From positions 7,140-71,139 of the IMG/VR virus record IMGVR_UViG_3300013288_000001: DNA of 64,000 nucleotides, one strand, 5' to 3'. The notes under the pieces were generated by a model, which made no database searches, was not told where the DNA came from, and saw nothing but the letters and a program-made list of their open reading frames with translations. Position 1 is the first letter of the stretch. Every line of letters begins with the position of its first letter. Positions 34,696-44,154 of the stretch are shown piece after piece. The stretch comes from a virus (lineage: Duplodnaviria; Caudoviricetes). The translations under genes were made by a program, and so were the position numbers.

Positions 34696-34990
34696 ATGCG
34701 TCTTGCTGGAATGGCTTTTCCTCTGGACAGAATACCTCTGCGATCACGGACAGTTCGGCCCCGGTTTCCGTGCGGTAGCGGCGGCCTGTCTCGCCACTGA
34801 TTGTCTTCACGGTTTCATAGGCGAATACGGTTTCACGGGGATCGTCTACGCAGATAATGAAGCGGACAGCCGCCATCTCATCATCCCAAAATTCGACGAC
34901 CGGCCATTGCCCTAGATGCTCCGTGATGGCGTAGTAGTGCGGGTTGGAGCGAAGCCACTTGAGACAGGCGGCAAATGCGGGGGAGGTCAC
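34694..34990 (-). CDS. hypothetical protein
   Basis: 98-aa ORF converging on the ncRNA terminator. Confidence 0.55.
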   Translation of the reverse strand: MTSPAFAACLKWLRSNPHYYAITEHLGQWPVVEFWDDEMAAVRFIICVDDPRETVFAYETVKTISGETGRRYRTETGAELSVIAEVFCPEEKPFQQDA

Positions 34991-35322
34991 TTAGGCGGTT
35001 CCTTCTCAATCAATACGCTGTCGGGATCGAAGTTCTCAACCCAACCATCCAGCGCCGTGTGATAGGTCAGGGTGATCGTTTCGCCGTTCTCAATCCGACC
35101 TAGCATTTCATCAGGGATAGGAATGCTGATCCCTTTCGCGGGTACCTGGTCGATTTCATGCCTCAGCATGGCGTACAGCAAGCCCGTTGAACTGCCGCGT
35201 TGAATATACTCCGCCCGTTCGCAGGAAGGGCAAAGGCTAATCATGTCGGCTACCAGTTCATCCGGGATAGGGTACTCGGACTCGTAGGGCTGTTTACAAA
35301 ATGAGCAATGCAGGGTGGTCAT
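34987..35322 (-). CDS. hypothetical protein with CxxC...CxxC zinc ribbon
   Basis: CSFC and CPSC; GGAG RBS. Confidence 0.6.
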   Translation of the reverse strand: MTTLHCSFCKQPYESEYPIPDELVADMISLCPSCERAEYIQRGSSTGLLYAMLRHEIDQVPAKGISIPIPDEMLGRIENGETITLTYHTALDGWVENFDPDSVLIEKEPPK

Positions 35323-35324
35323 AC

Positions 35325-35579
35325 TCACTCCTTCCATACCAGCTGCATCAAATGGCTAACGCTGCGACTGTGCGGTTTCCCGTCCTTGCACCTGAGGATC
35401 ACATGCCCTTTGCGACTGACCGGATGAGACTTGACGATGACCCCGCGCTGCTCATCCTTGACACGCCCATACTGGCTGATGACGTAGCGCGGGAAGTCTG
35501 GCACCGGCTTCCACTGCTCTTTTTGAGACAGCGGAGCCGGGTCAAGGAAGCGGCGTTGGAGGTCTTTCGATGTAGACAA
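35325..35579 (-). CDS. stand-alone NUMOD4 motif protein
   Basis: EQWKPVPDFPRYVISQYGRVK; ends before any HNH core. Confidence 0.65.
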   Translation of the reverse strand: MSTSKDLQRRFLDPAPLSQKEQWKPVPDFPRYVISQYGRVKDEQRGVIVKSHPVSRKGHVILRCKDGKPHSRSVSHLMQLVWKE

Positions 35580-35602
35580 TTATACTCTCAATACCAGCGG
35601 GC

Positions 35603-36151
35603 TTAGAGTTGCCCGCCTCTCTCTGCCTCGAAGATCTGAGCGCCGATCAACTCCAGGTCGAGCGGATCACCGTTGTACCACCACGCAGTACGGGGTAGCT
35701 CTCGCGTGACATCTACGATGGTCTGATAGTGCGTCTTGTAGCGGTAGTAGCGCCGCGCTGCACCTGCCGGGTCTACTTTCGCCAGTCGGGGCAGGTTGGA
35801 AAGGTTGTCCTCCATGTCGGCACGTTTGACCAATGCGGCGATAGGGTAGTCCACTAGCAGGGCGATGTAATCCGCGTAGGTAGACCCTGCTCGATTGAGA
35901 GCTTCCAGCGCGTCCAGTTGGTCATGGTTCAAGCCCAGCGTCGGCAGTAGCTGGTCAGCCAGTTCCGGCGCGTCTTCGAGGACATCATGGAGCAACGCCA
36001 CTTCCTGCAATAACAAGGTGTCCAGCCGATGCGCGACTCTGACCGGGTGGCAGATGTAGGGTTCATCCGGCGCGTAGATCTGACCTTGATGGCACCGGGC
36101 AGCGACCTCGAAAGCGCGGATGTAGCGACCGTTGATCGGGGTAATGGGCAT
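35603..36151 (-). CDS. HD-domain hydrolase of the RelA/SpoT hydrolase type
   Basis: AARCHQGQ...PYICHPVRVA...ALLHDVLED...VKRADMEDN. Confidence 0.75.
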   Translation of the reverse strand: MPITPINGRYIRAFEVAARCHQGQIYAPDEPYICHPVRVAHRLDTLLLQEVALLHDVLEDAPELADQLLPTLGLNHDQLDALEALNRAGSTYADYIALLVDYPIAALVKRADMEDNLSNLPRLAKVDPAGAARRYYRYKTHYQTIVDVTRELPRTAWWYNGDPLDLELIGAQIFEAERGGQL

Positions 36152-36162
36152 AGGTAAACCTC

Positions 36163-37029
36163 TTACAGCAAGCTCAGTTGAGCAGGTTCGGGTAACGGCG
36201 CGGGTTCTGGCTCAGGCGTAGCGACAACCGGAAACTCTTCCCGCCAGTTCTGAGCCGCCCATTCCAGCGATTTGAGGTTGCCCTTGAAGAACACCTTTAC
36301 GCCCTGAGCGTCCAGTTCTTCGACCAGATTGCGGACATGCTTCTCATCTGGCGGATAGAGCGTCTTACCATTCGAGGCCGCGCCGATGACGGCCCATTGC
36401 AGCACACCGGCATAGCGACGAATGAGCCACGCATAGTCATTTGACAGCGGTTCAAAGGACATCCACCGAACAGGCGTCTTGACCTCAGCCAGAGTCTTGA
36501 GGCTACGATCTAGCAGGCTAATCTTCTGATTGCTGTTAAGCGCCTTATTCCACATGAAGTCCGGCGGGGAACTGGCACCAATCCAGGCATTCGGCGGCAG
36601 GTCGAATTGCAGCGTCCGCAGTGGGTTCTTGGTAAGAAACTGAAAGCTGTGCTGCGGGCAATCCCGTGCAACCTGAATGACTTGCTCAATCTGATCGGCT
36701 GGCACCCAGTGACCGAACACATCCGCCATGCTGCCGACAAAGATGCGTGATGGCTGATGCACACGACCCGGCTTAACCAATAGCTCAGGCTTCCAGTAGT
36801 GATGCTCGAAGCCATGCGGGTAAGCGACCTGCGCTAGATTGTGAGCCACATCTTCGGCGTAGCAGTTGGCAATGGCACCGTCGGGCATCTGCCACTGACA
36901 GGCGTGCATGCACCCGCTGATAGGGTTCCAGGTATAGCCGCGCCGCTCTGTCCCATCGGGATCTACAAATTTCGTCCATTCGATCCCACCAACAACCTTG
37001 CCATTGATGATTTTGCCTTGAACGTTCAC
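36163..37029 (-). CDS. DUF5131 (phage Gp37/Gp68) family protein
   Basis: IEWT...TWNPISGC...NCYAE, RIFVGSMADVF, FQFLTKNP, WMSFEPL. Confidence 0.85.
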   Translation of the reverse strand: MNVQGKIINGKVVGGIEWTKFVDPDGTERRGYTWNPISGCMHACQWQMPDGAIANCYAEDVAHNLAQVAYPHGFEHHYWKPELLVKPGRVHQPSRIFVGSMADVFGHWVPADQIEQVIQVARDCPQHSFQFLTKNPLRTLQFDLPPNAWIGASSPPDFMWNKALNSNQKISLLDRSLKTLAEVKTPVRWMSFEPLSNDYAWLIRRYAGVLQWAVIGAASNGKTLYPPDEKHVRNLVEELDAQGVKVFFKGNLKSLEWAAQNWREEFPVVATPEPEPAPLPEPAQLSLL

Positions 37030-37382
37030 CCCTTCACCTCCAGAATCTCATAACCCTGCTTTTCCCACAGGCGCATGAACCGCGCCCGCTTCTGAGCCGT
37101 CTTAAATTGGCTCAACTTGTCAATCTCGATGACCTGCTGAATCGTGACTAGCCCGGTCTTGTGGTCGATGGTGAAGGTCTTGCGCGTTTCGTAGGGTGAA
37201 GCACCCGGTAGCGGCTTGCCTTCTTTCCGCGCTTTCGCCCGCGCATTCTTGTTGCGAGAGTGACACTTGATGCACTCAGACCGCAGGTAGTCGTACTTGC
37301 CCGCCACTTTTGGGAAATACTCAACCGTGTTGGGCATTTCCTTTCCACAGCACTTGCAGATCTTAAGTTCAACTTTTGCCAT
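37026..37382 (-). CDS. hypothetical protein with Cys-rich N-terminus
   Basis: CKCC and CIKC pairs. Confidence 0.6.
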   Translation of the reverse strand: MAKVELKICKCCGKEMPNTVEYFPKVAGKYDYLRSECIKCHSRNKNARAKARKEGKPLPGASPYETRKTFTIDHKTGLVTIQQVIEIDKLSQFKTAQKRARFMRLWEKQGYEILEVKG

Positions 37383-37396
37383 AAAACCCCCTTTGG

Positions 37397-37843
37397 TTAA
37401 AACAGGCTCAACTGTTCGGCAACGGGTACCGGCTTCAGAATGGCCTCAATCGAAGCACGATCAAGATGGATAGCCTCAATGCCGTACCGCGCTTTCATCT
37501 CCCGTGCGACGACGGCGCGATGGCAGGTCGTCACATCCAGACAGGCGCACATCAGGATCACAGGCCGCCGTTCCAGCGCTCCCTTGACCACATACGTGCC
37601 GGAAATCACATCCAGAAGGTGAATACCCCGGTCAGGCCATGCGTAGTTGACGTTGCCTAGCCACTGGACATGTTCGTAGTACCGAACACCCCACGCCTTT
37701 TTCAGGTTGTCGAAGTTCCAGAGTTCGTTTTTCGACCAGGGCGAATACCTGATGTCCATGACACGAGCATCCAGCTTGACAGCCAATTCGAGGATGAGCG
37801 ACGGCGTTAGTCCGGTATAGCCAGCGGTGTACAACTGCTCCAT
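37397..37843 (-). CDS. DUF488 family protein (start revised to ATG 37843)
   Basis: GGAGG RBS; LYTAGY...MDIRYSPWS...LGN...LMCAC.D...CHR. Confidence 0.75.
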   Translation of the reverse strand: MEQLYTAGYTGLTPSLILELAVKLDARVMDIRYSPWSKNELWNFDNLKKAWGVRYYEHVQWLGNVNYAWPDRGIHLLDVISGTYVVKGALERRPVILMCACLDVTTCHRAVVAREMKARYGIEAIHLDRASIEAILKPVPVAEQLSLF

Positions 37844-37873
37844 CAATGGCACCTCCTGTCTCTTGGATGCTTC

Positions 37874-37895
37874 ATTATACCATACACTATAACTT
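37874..37895 (-). promoter_or_regulatory. AAGTGAT-family promoter, copy 8
   Basis: AAGTTAT AGTGTATG GTATAAT. Confidence 0.7.
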
Positions 37896-37941
37896 TTAAG
37901 TCTACCCAACTTTATATAAACTTCGCTCAATGCGTTGTACT

Positions 37942-37955
37942 AGAACAAGTTTTCG
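37942..37955. promoter_or_regulatory. LexA box-like site (one mismatch) upstream of terS
   Basis: AGAAC-AAGT-TTTCG. Confidence 0.4.
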
Positions 37956-37989
37956 ACTATGCTATCTCAATACTTGAGGTGAAAAGACG

Positions 37990-38493
37990 ATGGCAGCACC
38001 GAAACAGAAGCGAACACGATGGTCAAAAGCAGGGAAGTCTACGATCCCGTGGCCTAAAGACCCGAATATCATGGCGAGGATCGAGGCGGTCAACCGAATG
38101 CGGCTGGAAGGCATTTGGATTAGTGACATCGCCCAGCGCCTGGAATGCTCCGAGCAGACCGTTCGACGGGACATCCGGCGTATGCAGGACATCCTCATTG
38201 AAGAGCGTAAGGGCGATATGCGCCTCATCCAGGACGAAGCCATTGACCGCTACCGGGAAGTGCAACGGCGGGCGATGGAACTCTACAACCAACACAGCGA
38301 TAGCCGCACAAAGCTGGGGGCGCTCAAGGAGTACCGGGAAGCGCAGGCCCGCATTGACCAACTGACAGGAGCCGCAGCGCCGATCAAGGTGGATCACACG
38401 ACGGGCGGTAAAGCGCTGGACATGAAGATGATGACTGAAAGTCAACTGGAAGCCATCGCCGCTGGCAGGTTGCCCGATGACTCTAGCGACTAG
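37990..38493 (+). CDS. terS: terminase small subunit
   Basis: HTH (ISDIAQRLECSEQTVRRDI), DHTTGGK tail, directly upstream of terL. Confidence 0.75.
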   Translation: MAAPKQKRTRWSKAGKSTIPWPKDPNIMARIEAVNRMRLEGIWISDIAQRLECSEQTVRRDIRRMQDILIEERKGDMRLIQDEAIDRYREVQRRAMELYNQHSDSRTKLGALKEYREAQARIDQLTGAAAPIKVDHTTGGKALDMKMMTESQLEAIAAGRLPDDSSD

Positions 38494-39997
38494 GGGAAAG
38501 GTCACTGCTGAACAGCAGGCAGCAGCCGCCGAACTGCTGAAGCGACGGCGGGCACGTTCCCGGTTCCTTGACTTTTGCTACTACGTCCGCAGTGACTTCG
38601 TGGCTGATCCCTTTCACGTCAAAATGGCGGATACGCTTGACCGGGTACTGGAAGGGGAGATTAAAAAGCTCATCATCCTGGCACCGCCTCAGCATGGCAA
38701 GTCCTCAATGGTGTCCGAGTTGTTCCCGGCTTACTGGTTAGGCCGTCGCCCCAATGACCCGGTCATTGAAACCAGCTACACCATCTCCATTGCGCGGCGC
38801 AACTCGTTTGCATCCCGCGATTACGTCAAGAGCAATGAGTTTCGCGCTGTCTTTGGCGACCTGGGCATTCAGGACGTAGACCCGGTTGGCATTCGAGAGG
38901 ATAAGCAGGAAGTCACGGAATGGACGCTGCGTAAGCCTTATCGCGGTGGCTTGCGGGCAGCAGGTATCGGCGGCTCTCTCACGGGTTATCCGGGCAAGCT
39001 GGGCATTATTGATGACCCGTTCAAGGACGACAAAGAAGCCTCTTCGTTTCTGAAGCGGGAAACGGCGTGGTCATGGTTCCTGAACGTCTTTCGTACCCGT
39101 ATTGCGGAAGACGGCGCGATGGTGGTGGTCATGACCCGCTGGCATGAGGATGATCTGGTAGGGCGCATTCTGACCTTAGATGAAGACTGGACACTCATGC
39201 GCTTCCCGGCGCTGTCTGAAACCCAAAGCGACCGCGATTACAACAATCGCAAGTTGGGTTTGCCCGATGGTCTGCCGGACATCCTCGGCAGGGAGCCGGA
39301 GGAACCGCTGGCCGTCAGCCGCCGCTCTAAAACCTTCCTACTCAATGAACGCAGCGTCAACCCGGCGGGCTGGCCTGCACTGTTTCAAGGCGTCCCGCGT
39401 CCGGCAGATGGTACACGCTTCAAGCGGGCATGGCTTCGAGGGGAAGAGGGGGAGTACATCGTGGATGTAACGCCTCAGTTTGCGGATCGTGTGCGCTATT
39501 GGGACAAGGCGGGTACGGAAGGCGACGGCGCGTATACCGCTGGCGTGCTGATCGCTGTCAAGGATGGCATCTACTACGTCGAAGATGTGGTGAGAGGTCA
39601 ATGGTCAGCCTACAACCGGGAACAGATGATTAAAGAGACTGCCGAGAGGGATGAACGGCGGCATGGCGGGGTAGCCATCTGGATTGAGCAAGAGCCGGGT
39701 AGCGGTGGCAAGGAAAGCGCCGAGTCCACTATTCGCAATCTGGCTGGTTTTGACATCCGGGCCGAGTCGCCAGTCGGCAATAAGGATGCACGTATCAACC
39801 CCTTTGCATCGCAAGCCGAAGCGGGCAACGTGCGCTTACTGCGAGGCGACTGGAACGATGAATACATTGAGGAATTGATCGCTATTTCCAAAGGCAAATA
39901 TCGTGACCAAGCCGACGCCACAGCGGGGGCATTCAACAAATTGACCAAGCCGGAAGGCACCGTGAGAAGAACAAAAGTTCGTCGCTCCAACTGGTGA
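38477..39997 (+). CDS. terL: terminase large subunit
   Basis: APPQHGKS Walker A, IIDDP Walker B, MTRWHEDD, nuclease WDKA and DQADA. Confidence 0.93.
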   Translation: MTLATRGKVTAEQQAAAAELLKRRRARSRFLDFCYYVRSDFVADPFHVKMADTLDRVLEGEIKKLIILAPPQHGKSSMVSELFPAYWLGRRPNDPVIETSYTISIARRNSFASRDYVKSNEFRAVFGDLGIQDVDPVGIREDKQEVTEWTLRKPYRGGLRAAGIGGSLTGYPGKLGIIDDPFKDDKEASSFLKRETAWSWFLNVFRTRIAEDGAMVVVMTRWHEDDLVGRILTLDEDWTLMRFPALSETQSDRDYNNRKLGLPDGLPDILGREPEEPLAVSRRSKTFLLNERSVNPAGWPALFQGVPRPADGTRFKRAWLRGEEGEYIVDVTPQFADRVRYWDKAGTEGDGAYTAGVLIAVKDGIYYVEDVVRGQWSAYNREQMIKETAERDERRHGGVAIWIEQEPGSGGKESAESTIRNLAGFDIRAESPVGNKDARINPFASQAEAGNVRLLRGDWNDEYIEELIAISKGKYRDQADATAGAFNKLTKPEGTVRRTKVRRSNW

Positions 39998-40026
39998 TAG
40001 TTGTGGTACAGTAGAACAAGTGTTCA
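39968..40026. promoter_or_regulatory. tandem LexA boxes
   Basis: AGAAC-AAAA-GTTCG (39968-39981) and AGAAC-AAGT-GTTCA (40013-40026). Confidence 0.6.
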
Positions 40027-40035
40027 GAGAGGATT

Positions 40036-40299
40036 GTGATGAGTGACCGTCTTAACTTTCATGAATACATGCTGGCGATTGCGGATGAGTTCAAGTTATC
40101 TCACGCGCAAATGATCGTCATTCGTCGCAAACTCACCGCTACTTATCACGGGCAATCTACAGTGTCCCTCGAAGCGCTGGCGCAGGTTATCTGGAACGGC
40201 CTGAGCGACGGTCAGGAAGTGGTACCGCTGCTTAATGCCGATCTGATCGGTTTAGCGCAGCAAGTCGAACAGCAGTGGTCACAGGAGCAAGCGCAATGA
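40036..40299 (+). CDS. hypothetical protein
   Basis: GAGG RBS, 87 aa. Confidence 0.6.
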   Translation: MMSDRLNFHEYMLAIADEFKLSHAQMIVIRRKLTATYHGQSTVSLEALAQVIWNGLSDGQEVVPLLNADLIGLAQQVEQQWSQEQAQ

Positions 40300-41285
40300 A
40301 GCCGGTCATGGTCTGGAATCAGGATTTGTATAGCGGCCCGCTATATTACGGCGCTCACATCGGCACGGCCTGCATTCACAACCTGCCGGGTGTCGAACTG
40401 GACATGATCTACTGGGCGGAGGACAGCGAACCCACTACCTCCATGCTGGCACCCTATGACACGTTCTTTGTGAACGTCTTCATCGGTTCCCGACAGGTCG
40501 AACAAATTCGCGCCTTGCGACCCGACGCGGTTATTGTGGCAATTGCTGAGGCGGCGATGGATGAGGTCTTCCTCAATCGCAACCGGGGGCAGGAACTGCG
40601 CTACCTCGATCAGTTGGCAGCCGCCGACTTCATTGGCGTGGTGTCCAAGTCCAATCGGGAGTTTTACAGCGCCTTTGGCAAGCCGATTGTGAGCATTCCG
40701 GTTCCGGTTGGCACGGAGGACTTTTTCGCCCATGTGCGAAACCAGGAGAAGCAAGACTTCATTCTGGTAGCCGATCACGGCCCGCGCAACGTTGACTCGA
40801 CTATCCCCAACATGGCGGCCTTGCGGCTAATCCTGAACCGACACCCTGAACTCAAGATTGTCTACTTCAACCCATCGCCTTTTGCAGCCGATTACGCCCG
40901 CGCTTTTGGGTTGGATGTCGTGTTCCTGACCAAGATGTCGCCTCAGGTTCTAGCACAGGCGGCAGGGAAAGCCCGCATAGGTGTTGACCTGTACACGCGG
41001 CATGGGGCAGGGCGGCACGGGATGCTCATGGCTTACGCGGGAACGCCAGTCGTCGGGAGTAGCTGGACGGGCGGAGTTCCTTTCGTCAAGGAAGATCCCT
41101 GGCACGTCAACCGCGTGGCTCAAGAGGCTCATTCGCTGCTGACTGACACGGCACTGTACGCGAGCATCCAGCGCCAGCAACTGGAATGGGTGCAAACACA
41201 CAACAGCTTTGCAGCGTGTGCCGAACAGTGGCAGGACACGCTTTTTGAAGTGGAACGGTATTCCGCTGGCAAAGTGCCAGCTTAG
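40296..41285 (+). CDS. GT-B fold glycosyltransferase-like protein
   Basis: FIGVVSKSNREFY and GRHGMLMAYAGTPVVGS resemble the GT4 C-terminal domain. Confidence 0.55.
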   Translation: MKPVMVWNQDLYSGPLYYGAHIGTACIHNLPGVELDMIYWAEDSEPTTSMLAPYDTFFVNVFIGSRQVEQIRALRPDAVIVAIAEAAMDEVFLNRNRGQELRYLDQLAAADFIGVVSKSNREFYSAFGKPIVSIPVPVGTEDFFAHVRNQEKQDFILVADHGPRNVDSTIPNMAALRLILNRHPELKIVYFNPSPFAADYARAFGLDVVFLTKMSPQVLAQAAGKARIGVDLYTRHGAGRHGMLMAYAGTPVVGSSWTGGVPFVKEDPWHVNRVAQEAHSLLTDTALYASIQRQQLEWVQTHNSFAACAEQWQDTLFEVERYSAGKVPA

Positions 41286-41295
41286 GAGCGCAACT

Positions 41296-41724
41296 ATGTC
41301 ACGACCAGCGAATAACTCAGACGCGGTAATGCGTCAACCCTGCACGATTGCCAACGGTGCATCCAAGAGTAGCAAGATCAACCTGACTGGCATTGGCCCG
41401 CGTGGGTTGGCTGTCCTGCTCCCCTGCACGTCTAGTTCATGGACATCGGCAGACCTCACGTTCGAGGTGAGTGCCACCGGTAGCGACCTGGATGGCGATT
41501 GGTTCCCGGTGGAAGACGCGACGGGCAATCCTGTTCGTATCACGGGCATTGTGACCACGCCGCCGCGTACGGGTGTCACGAACCTGCTGTATGTGGCACC
41601 GGCGGGAGCATGGGCTATCGGCGCATATCCCTGGTTGCGGCTGGTGTCCATTGGTACCGGCACATCACAGGCAGCAGTCAACCAGGGCGGTGATCGCACG
41701 TTGCAAGTGGTGATGTTGGGATAA
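41296..41724 (+). CDS. putative virion accessory protein
   Basis: beta-rich ORF with AGGAG RBS. Confidence 0.55.
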   Translation: MSRPANNSDAVMRQPCTIANGASKSSKINLTGIGPRGLAVLLPCTSSSWTSADLTFEVSATGSDLDGDWFPVEDATGNPVRITGIVTTPPRTGVTNLLYVAPAGAWAIGAYPWLRLVSIGTGTSQAAVNQGGDRTLQVVMLG

Positions 41725-41728
41725 CCGC

Positions 41729-42634
41729 ATGTCTCTAGCGCTGCAACTACTTATCCCCAACTACCCCGACAACCGCTTCATTCAGGCGCTTGGTTCGGAG
41801 TTATTGCTTAATCCCGACATGAACTGGGCGGCTAGTGCGCTCACGTCCTGGACGGTGCAAAACAATGGGTCTAGCTCAGTTACGGAAGTGGCACCAGACG
41901 GCGGGGCAGGGACAGGTGCAGCGCGGCTACTGCTGACCTCTGGCGGTGGGGTTTACCCGCGTATCAGCCAAATCCTTGCCAGCCTGAGCGCCGGGGACTG
42001 GGTGGAAGTGGAAGCGGTTTGCAGCGCCTTTACCAGCGGACAGGTGGACTGGTATTCGACGGTCAGCAATTGGGGCTGGCAAATCTCAGTCACGGCGGCA
42101 GGAACCTATCGCTCAGTCGGCCCCGTTTCGCAGACGCCTGCGTATCTCTATGGCATCAGCGCGGCGCTGGATATGGTGTTTGATCGCCTGTCGGTCAAGA
42201 AGTTGGCCTTGAATGACGTGACGACGGTCACAGCCAACAGTGACAACCGCTTCTATTTCAGCTTGCCGACTTCCCCGGTGCGTGCCGAGTCGATCAGCCT
42301 GCTCAGTCGTCGCATTGACGCTTCCAACTATCTGGAGCTACGCCTGATCCGCAATGCCGCGAATACCAACTGGGACTTGCGGGCGCATCGCGTAGTGGCT
42401 GGCGTTCAAACCAGCAACTTTATCACGGCGGTGACTTCGGTGGGGGATGTGAATGGTCTGCGAATGGAATGCAATGGCAACGCAGTGACCATCTACACCA
42501 CAGCCGACGGTGGGCAAAACTGGACATCCAGAGGCACCAACACCAACGCGGCTAACCATCCAACCGGGACGGGTTTGCTACCGGTCTATGTCAGCACGGC
42601 AACGCCGCAACGCCTGGAGGTTATCCCGCTGTGA
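41729..42634 (+). CDS. putative fibre/decoration protein with carbohydrate-binding-like domains
   Basis: LLLNPDMNW...SWT CBM-like N-terminus; beta-sandwich C-terminus. Confidence 0.5.
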   Translation: MSLALQLLIPNYPDNRFIQALGSELLLNPDMNWAASALTSWTVQNNGSSSVTEVAPDGGAGTGAARLLLTSGGGVYPRISQILASLSAGDWVEVEAVCSAFTSGQVDWYSTVSNWGWQISVTAAGTYRSVGPVSQTPAYLYGISAALDMVFDRLSVKKLALNDVTTVTANSDNRFYFSLPTSPVRAESISLLSRRIDASNYLELRLIRNAANTNWDLRAHRVVAGVQTSNFITAVTSVGDVNGLRMECNGNAVTIYTTADGGQNWTSRGTNTNAANHPTGTGLLPVYVSTATPQRLEVIPL

Positions 42635-43023
42635 TGCTGGTACTTGCTTCCGTCTTGCTGGCTTCGACCTGCACCCTCAATGCCGATGGCATTCCGGTAT
42701 GCAGGCGAGAGCGTCCGGTGGTCGAAACGGTGACCGTCCCTGAATGGATTACCGACGCCATGCACGCGGGGACGGCTTGCAGCCTCGGAGTAGACATTTA
42801 CTCAACCGCGACAGGGGAAGCCTGGTACCAGTGGCGTGAGAACAACCCGGATGCTCAGATGGTCGAACGGGTGCAAGTTGCAGACAGCACCATTCCCGAC
42901 GCATGGCTATTCCATGCCGATGGCGAGTACGTGGTGTTCGTGTTCAATCAGAAACTAGCTGAGGTAGACGCGGGTGGGGTGGTCGAAGTGCATGGTGAGT
43001 GTATCAGGCTCATTCATGGATAG
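42631..43023 (+). CDS. secreted or membrane-anchored hypothetical protein
   Basis: Hydrophobic N-terminus. Confidence 0.5.
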   Translation: MMLVLASVLLASTCTLNADGIPVCRRERPVVETVTVPEWITDAMHAGTACSLGVDIYSTATGEAWYQWRENNPDAQMVERVQVADSTIPDAWLFHADGEYVVFVFNQKLAEVDAGGVVEVHGECIRLIHG

Positions 43024-43131
43024 CGGCCTGATCTGTGTAGGCGTACTGGCTTTATTCGCGCTGATGGCTCTCATCATGGTCATCCGCGTTATCACAACCG
43101 ATGAAATCACACGAAAGCGAGAGTTGGGAAA

Positions 43132-43323
43132 ATGGGCAAAGCGTATGAAGAAATGACTCTTGAAGAGTTGGTAGCGGAGCAGTCCCGACTGGATGAGGCC
43201 ATTGGTGTCCTCAAGGAACAGCGCCGGGGACTAATCCCCTTTTTGGACGCGGCGTGGGAAGCGAAGACGGCTGAAGAGGCTGCTAAGGCTGATCCGCGCC
43301 TCACACAGGGTATTCGCAGCTAA
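43132..43323 (+). CDS. small coiled-coil protein
   Basis: 63-aa ORF. Confidence 0.55.
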   Translation: MGKAYEEMTLEELVAEQSRLDEAIGVLKEQRRGLIPFLDAAWEAKTAEEAAKADPRLTQGIRS

Positions 43324-43348
43324 TCGAACGATCTGAGGAGAGAGCAAC

Positions 43349-43753
43349 ATGCCTAACGGACTCTACGCGGCAGGACGCCAGCGTTTTCTAAGCGCAGACC
43401 TGGACTGGGATGGTCAGGACGTGCGCGTCATCTTGGTAGACAGCGCGGACTACACGCAAAACCTGTCTACCCACGACTTCCTTGACGATGTGGCCGCCGG
43501 TGGTCGAGTGGCCGTGTCTGGCGCTTTGACCTCCAAGACGGTCACGGGCGGGACGGCGGACGCGGCGGATGTCACTTGGACATCGGTCACAGGCGATCAG
43601 TCGGAGCAGGTGGTTTGCTACCAGCATACCGGCACGGACAGCACATCGGCGCTGGTGTTCGGTATGGACACCTTCGCATCGGGTATGCCGGTGACACCGA
43701 ACGGCGGCAATATCAACCTGACCTGGAATGCCAGTGGGATCTTCGTGCTGTGA
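43349..43753 (+). CDS. conserved phage virion protein
   Basis: GGAG RBS; VTPNGGNINLTWNASGIF C-terminus recalled from phage structural regions. Confidence 0.6.
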   Translation: MPNGLYAAGRQRFLSADLDWDGQDVRVILVDSADYTQNLSTHDFLDDVAAGGRVAVSGALTSKTVTGGTADAADVTWTSVTGDQSEQVVCYQHTGTDSTSALVFGMDTFASGMPVTPNGGNINLTWNASGIFVL

Positions 43754-44154
43754 CACCCACTATTCTGGTACCGAAGACTCAGCACGCATCTGTCCAGCAG
43801 GACGGGGAGCGCGTCAAGCTCATCATTGATGGCAAGCTGGTGGCTGACCTGCCACCAGAAGCCGCGATTGCGTTGGGCCGTGCGCTCATCACCAAGGGGC
43901 GGCTGGCTGAGGAAATCGTCTACCGTGAGCGCGTAGTAGCCGATCAGGCGTTGCTGTTTCGCTCAGGGGTTGGTATCCCGCTGGCGGTGAACCCGGCTTT
44001 ACGCGCTGAAGCGGCTAAGGAAGCGACGTGGAACAGTGAACTTCGCCGCGCCTTGCCGAACAAAACCGACGCGGTGAACAAGGTAGCGGGGCAGGTGTAC
44101 ATGCCAGCGGTCTGGCAGGAACCACCTCAAAAGGATGAAGGCGAAAGCTCATGA
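43750..44154 (+). CDS. hypothetical protein
   Basis: GTGA coupling. Confidence 0.55.
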   Translation: MTPTILVPKTQHASVQQDGERVKLIIDGKLVADLPPEAAIALGRALITKGRLAEEIVYRERVVADQALLFRSGVGIPLAVNPALRAEAAKEATWNSELRRALPNKTDAVNKVAGQVYMPAVWQEPPQKDEGESS

